Shown: positions 1-7,404 of the stretch, one piece after another
Position numbering within the stretch: the stretch's first letter is position 1
Layout: each line of letters starts with the position of its first letter
Assembly: GCA_013202965.1 (NCBI GenBank)
Contig: JABMQZ010000235.1
Span: forward strand, 1-60,158
Source of the DNA: Bacteroidota bacterium
GTDB lineage: Bacteria; Bacteroidota; Bacteroidia; Bacteroidales; B18-G4
Length of the DNA: 60,158 bases
Reading direction: 5' to 3'
Notes under the pieces: model-generated
Database searches by the model: none
The model's input: the letters and a program-made list of their open reading frames with translations, nothing else
What the model was told of the DNA's origin: nothing
Program-made: the position numbers and the translations under genes

Positions 1-1958
1 CCCTCAACGGAATCCGGATGTTTCCGGTTCCGGCAGATGTCCGACAGCTGATGTTTAAAGTAAAAAATGCGCAGGGAACAAATATCTCCCGCTCATTCTG
101 TGGGCTGAATGATCACCGCAACCTGGAATTATCAGTGAAATATGCCAAGGAAGCCGGCATGATCTCACAGGCCTCCCTTTGTATCACCCATTCAAAGCTT
201 CACACAGTGGACTATTACATGGATGTGGTAGATAAAGTGGTAGAATATGGCTGTGATGAGATCTGCCTGAAAGATATGGCCGGCATTGGCCGCCCGGCGA
301 TGCTGGGTAAACTCACTGCTGCCATCAAGAAAAAATATCCTCATATCCTGGTACAATACCATGGCCATTCAGGCCCGGGCTTTTCGGTGGCTTCCATGCT
401 GGAAGTGGCCAGAGCAGGGGCCGACATTCTGGATGTTGCCATGGAACCCCTTTCCTGGGGAATGGTTCACCCGGATGTGATCACCATCAGGGATATGTTG
501 CTGGATGATGGCTTCGATGTGCCTGATATCAATATGAATGCATACATGGAAGCACGTGCCATGACCCAATCATTCATGGATGACTTCCTTGGGTATTGGA
601 TCAATCCCAAGAACCGCTTTACGTCTTCACTGATGATACAATCGGGGCTTCCCGGTGGGATGATGGGAAGTTTGATGGCCGACCTTAAGGGTGTACACGA
701 CAGCATCAACTTCTCCCTTAAATCAAGTGGTAAACCCGAACTGACTGAAGATGAGCTGCTCATCAAACTTTTCGATGAAGTAGAATATGTCTGGCCCAGG
801 CTTGGCTATCCACCACTGGTAACTCCTTACAGCCAGTATGTGAAGAACATCGCATTGCTGAACCTTATGCAGATGGCAAAAGGGGAAGACCGTTACTCCA
901 TGATGGACGATAATTCCTGGAACATGGTCCTTGGAAAAGCTGGTAAACTTCCCGGCCCACTGGCACCGGAAATCATTGAATTGGCCAAAAAGCAAGGCCG
1001 CGAATTCTATAAGGGAGTTCCACAGGATGCTTATCCTGATGCCCTTGACGCCTATCGCAAGGAGATGAAACAAAATGGCTGGGAAACTGGCGAGGATGAC
1101 GAAGAACTTCTTGAGTTTGCCATGCATGAAGACCAGTACCGTGACTATAAGTCCGGAGCAGCAAAAGAACGCTTCGAAGCTGATCTGCAAAAAATGAAAG
1201 CACAAAAATCAACAACCAAAACAAGTATAGCCGTGAATGAAAAAACAGCACCAAACCGGGATTCATACAACAAAGATGAAGTAAGCGCTGAAATAGCCAT
1301 GCTTGCTTACCTGCTCTTTACATTGAACGGGGAAAAGAAGGTAAATGAATATAAGCCCCGGAGTATTGATGTCTGGAATTCGATTGGATACTGGAGAAGC
1401 CAGCATAATGTAGAACTTACCTATGACGAAAAGGCCATTGAGATCCCTGTTAAGAAAGTGGATGAAAAGACATGGGAATTTGCCTTAAACGGGGAAAATA
1501 TTATCGCTTCGCTGGAATATCTTGACAAGGGCGAAATTGATTTTAAGACCGGTGATGAAAGCTATTTTGCACAAATCTCAAAAGGCGAAGGCGAATATGC
1601 GAAGGTGAGCATCAATGGAAGTGATTTCCAGATGTACAGGAATGATCTGCTTGACACTGAGCTTTCGGCCGGAACAGGGGATGATTCATTAGATGCCGGA
1701 AACCATATCGTTTCGCCAATACCGGGTAAGGTCTTTAAGATCAATGTGAAACCGGGAGGTAAGATGAAAAAAGGCCAGGTGGTGGTAGTGATCGATGCCA
1801 TGAAAATGGAGAATAATATCACCTCCAAGAGAAATGCGGTGGTAAAAAACATTCTTGTGAAAATCAATGAAATGGTGGAGGTGAACACTGCACTTATTGA
1901 ACTGGAAGAAGAAGTGAAGGAAGAAAAGAAAGAAAAAAAAGTAAAAAAAGTAAAATAA
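1..1958 (+). CDS. Biotin-dependent carboxyltransferase subunit with C-terminal biotinyl (BCCP) domain (pyruvate carboxylase subunit B / oxaloacetate decarboxylase alpha-like). The 5' end lies outside the window.
   Basis: ORF 18..1958 stays open to the window edge (codon phase of nt 3), so the N-terminus is missing. It has an HMGL-like carboxyltransferase core (EICLKDMAGIG, YHGHSGPG). The C-terminal biotinyl domain carries the biotin-lysine motif IDAMKMENNI. It ends in a Lys/Glu-rich tail. Confidence 0.85.
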   Translation, partial: LNGIRMFPVPADVRQLMFKVKNAQGTNISRSFCGLNDHRNLELSVKYAKEAGMISQASLCITHSKLHTVDYYMDVVDKVVEYGCDEICLKDMAGIGRPAMLGKLTAAIKKKYPHILVQYHGHSGPGFSVASMLEVARAGADILDVAMEPLSWGMVHPDVITIRDMLLDDGFDVPDINMNAYMEARAMTQSFMDDFLGYWINPKNRFTSSLMIQSGLPGGMMGSLMADLKGVHDSINFSLKSSGKPELTEDELLIKLFDEVEYVWPRLGYPPLVTPYSQYVKNIALLNLMQMAKGEDRYSMMDDNSWNMVLGKAGKLPGPLAPEIIELAKKQGREFYKGVPQDAYPDALDAYRKEMKQNGWETGEDDEELLEFAMHEDQYRDYKSGAAKERFEADLQKMKAQKSTTKTSIAVNEKTAPNRDSYNKDEVSAEIAMLAYLLFTLNGEKKVNEYKPRSIDVWNSIGYWRSQHNVELTYDEKAIEIPVKKVDEKTWEFALNGENIIASLEYLDKGEIDFKTGDESYFAQISKGEGEYAKVSINGSDFQMYRNDLLDTELSAGTGDDSLDAGNHIVSPIPGKVFKINVKPGGKMKKGQVVVVIDAMKMENNITSKRNAVVKNILVKINEMVEVNTALIELEEEVKEEKKEKKVKKVK

Positions 1959-1990
1959 CCCATAAACAATCAATCCAAAACCAATAATTA

Positions 1991-3136
1991 ATGAATTTCG
2001 AGCTTACTGAAGAACAGCAAATGATTCGCGACACAGTTCGGGATTTCGCTGAACGTGAGATCAAACCACTTGCACAGGAGTTGGATGAAAAAGCTGAGTT
2101 TTCCTACGACATTACGGCAAAAATGGGTGAACTTGGACTTTTTGGAATGTACCTTCCTGAAAAATACGGAGGCCAGGACCTGGATACCCTGTCCTATATC
2201 ATTGCCGTTGAAGAGCTGGCACGCATCGACAGTTCACAGGCAGCTACCCTTGCTGCCCATAATTCCCTGGGCATAGGCCCGATCTATTATTATGGCAACG
2301 AGGAGCAAAAGATGAAGTACCTGCCGCAGCTTTGTACCGGGAAAGCCCTCTGGGGTTTTGGCCTCACAGAAGCCAATGCCGGATCTGATTCCAGGGGTAC
2401 AAAAACAACAGCGAAGCAGGAAGGCGATGAATGGGTGATCGACGGCTCCAAGATCTTTATCACAAACGGATCAGCCGACATCAATATAGGAAGTGCAGTG
2501 CAGGTGGTGAGTGGGGAAGAAAATGGCAGGAAGATATTCTCTACTATACTTGTGGATAAAGGAACTCCCGGATTTAAAACCGTTTCCATGCATGGTAAGA
2601 TGATGTGGAGAGCCTCAGACACTGCCGAACTGTATTTTGATGATTGTCGTGTTCCAAAAGACAACCTTCTCGGTAAAATTGGCGAGGGCTCACATATCAT
2701 GCTCAGCACCCTTGATAACGGACGGCTATCTATTGCAGCAATGGGCCTCGGACTTGCACAGGGTGCCTTCGAACTTGCCCGTGATTATGGCAATGAAAGA
2801 AAACAATTCGGAAAAGCGGTTAATAAATTCCAGGTAAATGCTTTCAAGCTTGCTGATATGGCACTGAAGATAGAGCTGGCACGCAACCTGCTTTATAAAG
2901 CATGCTGGCTGAAAGATGAAGGCAAAGCCTTCGGCAAAGAATCTGCCATGGCTAAACTGTATTGCTCAGAGATCGCTAAAGAAGTGGCCGATGAAGCAGT
3001 GCAGATCCACGGGGGTTACGGTCTGATGAAAGACTATGATATCGAGCGCCATTATCGTGACCAGCGCCTGCTCCAGATCGGAGAAGGTACCTCGGAGATA
3101 CAGAGGCTGGTTATTGCCAGGTATGTGAATAGTTAA
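1991..3136 (+). CDS. Acyl-CoA dehydrogenase (short/butyryl-CoA dehydrogenase-like)
   Basis: 381 aa. Carries the ACAD signatures GLTEANAGSDS and QIHGGYG, and the C-terminal IGEGTSEIQRLVIAR. Confidence 0.9.
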   Translation: MNFELTEEQQMIRDTVRDFAEREIKPLAQELDEKAEFSYDITAKMGELGLFGMYLPEKYGGQDLDTLSYIIAVEELARIDSSQAATLAAHNSLGIGPIYYYGNEEQKMKYLPQLCTGKALWGFGLTEANAGSDSRGTKTTAKQEGDEWVIDGSKIFITNGSADINIGSAVQVVSGEENGRKIFSTILVDKGTPGFKTVSMHGKMMWRASDTAELYFDDCRVPKDNLLGKIGEGSHIMLSTLDNGRLSIAAMGLGLAQGAFELARDYGNERKQFGKAVNKFQVNAFKLADMALKIELARNLLYKACWLKDEGKAFGKESAMAKLYCSEIAKEVADEAVQIHGGYGLMKDYDIERHYRDQRLLQIGEGTSEIQRLVIARYVNS

Positions 3137-3193
3137 CTGGCTCGTCACAGACGAGCAGCTATCGGGCACGCGTTGCAAACGCGCGCCGGCTGT

Positions 3194-3335
3194 GTGCAGT
3201 ATCAGACGTTTGCAACTCCCCAGCTAGCGCACGACCGCTTGCTAGCGCGCGATTGCATCGCGTGCAGTATCAGGCGTTTGCAACTCCCCAGCTAGCGCAC
3301 GACTGCTTGCTATCGCGCGATTGCATCGCGTGCAA
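3194..3335. repeat. 68-bp tandem duplication (two full units plus about 6 nt of a third), rich in CGCG mini-palindromes
   Basis: Unit 1 (3194-3261) and unit 2 (3262-3329) both read GTGCAGTATCAG(A/G)CGTTTGCAACTCCCCAGCTAGCGCACGAC(C/T)GCTTGCTA(G/T)CGCGCGATTGCATCGC, with 3 mismatches. A third copy of ATTGCATCGCGTGC sits at 3391-3404. Confidence 0.9.
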
Positions 3336-3420
3336 ACATTACAGCGCGTTTGTAACGCGCAATAACCCTTAATAACTTGGCATACGCACAATTGCATCGC
3401 GTGCCCGTCTTTTAATATTT

Positions 3421-3490
3421 GAATTTTGAAATCTGGAGTTTTTTGGGATTTTGGTTCCTGGATTTTGGTTCCTGGAGTTTGTTTTTCCCC
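3421..3490. repeat. Heptamer-periodic word array (10 units), including TTTTGGT TCCTGGA x2
   Basis: In phase: GAATTTT GAAATCT GGAGTTT TTTGGGA TTTTGGT TCCTGGA TTTTGGT TCCTGGA GTTTGTT TTTCCCC. Confidence 0.8.
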
Positions 3491-3536
3491 TATCTTCGTG
3501 ATCCAATAAATTAATAAAGTAATTGGGAAAACCAAT

Positions 3537-5486
3537 ATGGATTACAAGAAATTATGGACCCCTTCTCCGGAGCGCTCGGAGCATTCCGGAATGAAGAACT
3601 ACATGGAGCATGTAAATGAGAAATACAATAAATCATTTAATGCCTATGATGAACTCTTCAGATGGAGCGTAGACAATATTGCGGATTTCTGGGGCTCATT
3701 CTGGCATTACAGTGGCATGGAGTATTCCAAAGACTTCACCACGGTGGTGGATGATCCGAAAAAGATGCCTGGGGCGAAGTGGTTTGAGGGGGCACGATTG
3801 AACTTTGCTGAAAATCTCTTATCCCGCAGGGATGAAAAAACTGCTATTATTTTCAGGGGTGAATCGGAAGTTGAACAAAGGATCAGCTACGCTGAACTAT
3901 ATGATCAGACACACAGGATAGCTGAAGGATTAAGAAAACTAGGTGTCAGGAAAGGAGACCGTGTGGCAGGCTTCATTCCCAATATGCCGGAAGCCATCAT
4001 TGCCATGCTGGCGGCATCCTCCATCGGTGCCATATGGTCTTCTTCATCTCCCGACTTTGGGATCAAGGGTGTGCTGGACCGCTTCAGCCAGATCGAACCA
4101 AAAGTGGTTTTTGCCGCCGACGGATATTATTATAAAGGGAAGATCTTCGATTCTCAGGAGAAGCTGAAAGGCATCCTGGATCAATTGCCTTCCGTTGAAA
4201 ATGTAGTGCTGATCAATTATACAGGTACAACAGAACCTGCTCTCGTACCCAATTCCATAACATGGGAAGACCTTGCCCAACCTGTTGAGGGAGAGATGGT
4301 CTTTGAGCAATTGCCCTTTGAGCATCCGCTCTATATTATGTATTCGTCCGGTACCACGGGCTTGCCGAAGAGCATCGTCCATTCGGCCGGGGGCACCCTG
4401 ATTCAACATCTAAAGGAATTAATGCTTCACAGTAACTTGCAGGAAGATGATGTGATCTTCTATTTCACTACCTGCGGGTGGATGATGTGGAACTGGTTTA
4501 TCAGTAGCCTGACGGTAGGATCTACCATTGTTTGCTTTGATGGCAATCCCTTCCATCCGGGCCCCGATGCCCTGCTGCACATGGCGAAAGAACTGGACGT
4601 TACCATCTTTGGTACCAGTGCAAAATACATTGCAAGCCTTGAAAATGCCGGGGTAGACCCAAAGAATATTTGTGCTTTCCCATCCTTGAAAGCAATTCTT
4701 TCCACCGGCTCTCCGCTTAGCGATGAGAGCTTCGAATATGTATATAAAAAATGGAAAGAGGATGTTCAGTTGTCTTCCATTGCCGGAGGTACCGACATCG
4801 TCTCCTGTTTTATGCTGGGAAACCCGATGCTTCCTGTTTTTATGGGAGAAATACAATGCCGCGGCCTTGGCATGGATGTCGACAGCTTCGATGATTACGG
4901 AAAGAGTATCGTCGGGAAGCAGGGGGAACTGGTGTGTAAATCTGCTTTTCCCTCTATGCCCATATATTTCTGGAACGATCCGGAAGGGAAAAAGTACCAC
5001 GATGCCTACTTTGATGTTTATGACGGTATCTGGCGGCATGGAGATTATATTTTACTCAGCGAACATGGTGGCGTTACCATGTTTGGGCGCTCCGATGCCA
5101 CCCTTAACCCGGGAGGTGTAAGAATTGGCACTGCCGAAATCTATAATGTGGTTGAGAATATGGATGAGATCGAAGACTCGGTGGTTATCGGCCAAAAGTG
5201 GGAAGGTGATGAACGCATATTGCTTTTCGCGAAACTCAATGAAGGATATACGCTGGATGATGAATTGAAGATCAGGATATCCAAACTGATCCGTAGCAGT
5301 TGCAGTCCCCGCCATGTGCCTGCCATCATCATGGAAACCAAAGGTATACCATATACCCTCAATGGCAAGAAGGTAGAGATTGCCGTAAAAAAGGCCTTTA
5401 TGGGGGAGGAGATCAAGAATAAGGATGCCCTGGCGAATCCGGAGGTGCTTGATTTCTATGAAGATATCGGGGAATTGAGCGATTGA
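3537..5486 (+). CDS. Acetoacetyl-CoA synthetase (acetoacetate-CoA ligase, AMP-forming)
   Basis: 649 aa. The N-terminus (LWTPS...FRWSVDNIADFW) is typical of the AACS family. Carries the AMP-binding motif YSSGTTGLPKSIVHS. Confidence 0.85.
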   Translation: MDYKKLWTPSPERSEHSGMKNYMEHVNEKYNKSFNAYDELFRWSVDNIADFWGSFWHYSGMEYSKDFTTVVDDPKKMPGAKWFEGARLNFAENLLSRRDEKTAIIFRGESEVEQRISYAELYDQTHRIAEGLRKLGVRKGDRVAGFIPNMPEAIIAMLAASSIGAIWSSSSPDFGIKGVLDRFSQIEPKVVFAADGYYYKGKIFDSQEKLKGILDQLPSVENVVLINYTGTTEPALVPNSITWEDLAQPVEGEMVFEQLPFEHPLYIMYSSGTTGLPKSIVHSAGGTLIQHLKELMLHSNLQEDDVIFYFTTCGWMMWNWFISSLTVGSTIVCFDGNPFHPGPDALLHMAKELDVTIFGTSAKYIASLENAGVDPKNICAFPSLKAILSTGSPLSDESFEYVYKKWKEDVQLSSIAGGTDIVSCFMLGNPMLPVFMGEIQCRGLGMDVDSFDDYGKSIVGKQGELVCKSAFPSMPIYFWNDPEGKKYHDAYFDVYDGIWRHGDYILLSEHGGVTMFGRSDATLNPGGVRIGTAEIYNVVENMDEIEDSVVIGQKWEGDERILLFAKLNEGYTLDDELKIRISKLIRSSCSPRHVPAIIMETKGIPYTLNGKKVEIAVKKAFMGEEIKNKDALANPEVLDFYEDIGELSD

Positions 5487-5552
5487 ACGATTGAACGATT
5501 GAACGATTGAGCGATTGAGCGATTGAACGATTGAACGATTGAACGATTTTGC
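5473..5552. repeat. Octamer tandem array GATTGA(A/G)C x10, overlapping the stop codon of the preceding gene
   Basis: Units start at 5473, 5481 ... 5545 in the pattern (AAC)3 (AGC)2 (AAC)3, with degenerate first and last units. The TGA stop of the acetoacetyl-CoA synthetase gene (5484-5486) lies inside unit 2. Confidence 0.95.
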
Positions 5553-5573
5553 GATGTATAATAAATATTTTAT

Positions 5574-7196
5574 ATGAAAAAGAAACATCTGCTTTTACTT
5601 TCGCTGCTTTCCGGTCTGCTCCTGGCGTTGGCCTGGCCCAGAGACGGATTTCCCGGGCTCTTGTTCGTGGCATTCATCCCCTTTCTTTATCTGGAGGACT
5701 ATATCAGCAATAACCGGCAAAACTTTCATCGTTTCAGCGTACTCATGTATTCCTGGCCGGGATTTTTGGTGTGGAATGTGCTTACGACCTGGTGGATATG
5801 GAATTCAACAGAAGGAGGAGCGCTGGGAGCTGTCATTGCCAATTCATTTTTCATGGCATTGGTGCTCAATATTTATTCCATCAGCAAAAAACATATTTAC
5901 GGAAAAAGTCACGGGTATTTTATCCTTCCTTTTTACTGGATCAGCTTTGAATACTGGCACCTGAACTGGGACATGAGCTGGCCCTGGCTGAACCTCGGCA
6001 ATGCTTTTGCTGCATACCCTGAATGGATACAGTGGTATGATTATACAGGGGTTTTTGGCGGGACTTTATGGATACTGCTGGTTAATATTATATTTTACAG
6101 GCTGATCGTCCTTGGATGGACAAAGCAAAAAACCGGCAGGAATAAGCTCATCTGGGGTTCCTTGTCAGCTGTGGCTTTGCTTATTCCCCTTATCATTTCA
6201 ATTATCATGTACACCGGATACAAGGAGGAAGACCGGCCGGTTGAGGTTATAATTACACAGCCCAATTTAAATCCCTATACCGAGCAGTACACACTTCCAC
6301 CCTTTGAGATCATTGACAAAAACTTTGACCTTGCCCGGACACTGATAGATGAAAATACCGATTTTGTAATTTGTCCGGAATCTTCCATCCAGGAAAATAT
6401 CTGGGAACACCGCCTGAATACCAGTCCCGGCTTGAATTATGTAAGGAAATTCATTGAGGAATATCCTCATGTGGGACTGCTTATCGGGGGATCTACCTTT
6501 AAGGAGTATTTTGATGGTGAAGAAGTATCGCCGACTGCGCGCAAATTCATGGATGCAGAAGCGTATTATGATGCATATAATACCGTATTTTTCATTGATT
6601 CATGCTATCAGTTTGAGGTTTACCATAAATCAAAACTTACTCCAGGAGTGGAAAAAATGCCTTTTCCCCAGTATTTTAAATTCCTTGAAAATTATGCCAT
6701 TGACCTTGGCGGGACTGTAGGCAGCCTTGGAACCGATGAAGAGCGGAAGGTTTTTATTACCCGGGATGATTCACTCGGGGTGGCAGCGGTGATCTGTTAT
6801 GAATCAATTTATGGTGAGTTTATCGGGCGCTTTGCAAGAAATGGAGCAGAGCTGATCTTCATTGTTACCAATGATGGCTGGTGGGGAAATACCCCCGGGC
6901 ACCGGCAGCATTTTATCTATTCACGCCTGCGCGCTGTTGAAACCCGCCGTAGCATAGCACGCTCAGCCAACACAGGTATTTCGGCCTTTATCAATCAAAG
7001 AGGGGATATTCTTCAGCAATCCGGATATTGGGTGCCTGCTGTCCTGAAACAAAGCATCAATGCCAATGACCGCATCACCTTTTATTCAATGTACGGGGAT
7101 TATCTTGCCCGGATCGCGGCATTCATATCAGTGATGCTCTTACTGATCACCATCAGCATGATCTTGCGGAAGCGGGGGATCAGAGGGATTCATTGA
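5574..7196 (+). CDS. lnt: Apolipoprotein N-acyltransferase
   Basis: 540 aa. Multi-pass membrane N-terminal half, then a CN-hydrolase domain (VICYESIYGEF, IVTNDGWWGNTPG). Confidence 0.85.
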   Translation: MKKKHLLLLSLLSGLLLALAWPRDGFPGLLFVAFIPFLYLEDYISNNRQNFHRFSVLMYSWPGFLVWNVLTTWWIWNSTEGGALGAVIANSFFMALVLNIYSISKKHIYGKSHGYFILPFYWISFEYWHLNWDMSWPWLNLGNAFAAYPEWIQWYDYTGVFGGTLWILLVNIIFYRLIVLGWTKQKTGRNKLIWGSLSAVALLIPLIISIIMYTGYKEEDRPVEVIITQPNLNPYTEQYTLPPFEIIDKNFDLARTLIDENTDFVICPESSIQENIWEHRLNTSPGLNYVRKFIEEYPHVGLLIGGSTFKEYFDGEEVSPTARKFMDAEAYYDAYNTVFFIDSCYQFEVYHKSKLTPGVEKMPFPQYFKFLENYAIDLGGTVGSLGTDEERKVFITRDDSLGVAAVICYESIYGEFIGRFARNGAELIFIVTNDGWWGNTPGHRQHFIYSRLRAVETRRSIARSANTGISAFINQRGDILQQSGYWVPAVLKQSINANDRITFYSMYGDYLARIAAFISVMLLLITISMILRKRGIRGIH

Positions 7197-7202
7197 TAAT
7201 TT

Positions 7203-7331
7203 CTAATTTTCTGTGACGATCAGCTTTCCTGCAGTAATAATGCCTGGTTCAGAAACCACCCTGTAATAATAAATGCCTGCGTGCAGATCACTAAGTCTGT
7301 GATGATCTGTAAGGGTAAAGGAAGTAATTTA
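7203..7331 (-). pseudogene. Relic of a T9SS C-terminal sorting domain: only the last ~40 codons, with no start codon
   Basis: The minus-strand frame reads ITSFTLTDHHRLSDLHAGIYYYRVVSEPGIITAGKLIVTEN*. The stop is TAG (plus CTA at 7203-7205). LxDLxxGIYYYRV...GKLIV is the canonical end of a T9SS type A sorting domain. An in-frame TAA at 7329-7331 closes it, and only about 70 nt remain before the next gene. Confidence 0.5.
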
Positions 7332-7404
7332 ACACTCAAAATTTAAAATTCAACACCCAACATTGTCCGCCGAAGCTTTAGCGTAGGTGGAACACTTAAA
7401 ACTC
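7331..7404. repeat. Heptamer word array interrupted by a conserved hairpin core (core 7362-7390, minus orientation)
   Basis: Left flank AACACTC AAAATTT AAAATTC AACACCC AACATTG. Core GTCCGCCGAAGCTTTAGCGTAGGTGG. Right flank AACACTT AAAACTC. The same word type occurs on both sides of the core. Confidence 0.8.

Noticed and set aside
3242-3535. 97-aa minus-strand ORF in the acd/aacs spacer
   Set aside because: It lies entirely within the 68-bp tandem duplication, the CGCG palindromes and the heptamer array. Its translation is low-complexity (…CNVCTRCNRAIASSRALAGE…) with no recognisable family. It is most likely a by-product of the repeats.
4419-5039. Long antisense ORFs (4419..5039, 723..1205, 33246..33833, 44862..45518, 21281..21745 and similar)
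   Set aside because: All lie opposite well-supported conserved genes, have no recognisable motifs, and show composition typical of shadow ORFs.
5052-5588. 178-aa minus-strand ORF containing SFNRSIVQ repeats
   Set aside because: It is antisense to the 3' end of the acetoacetyl-CoA synthetase gene. Its N-terminal repeats are simply the octamer array read in frame (8 nt x 3 = 8 aa).
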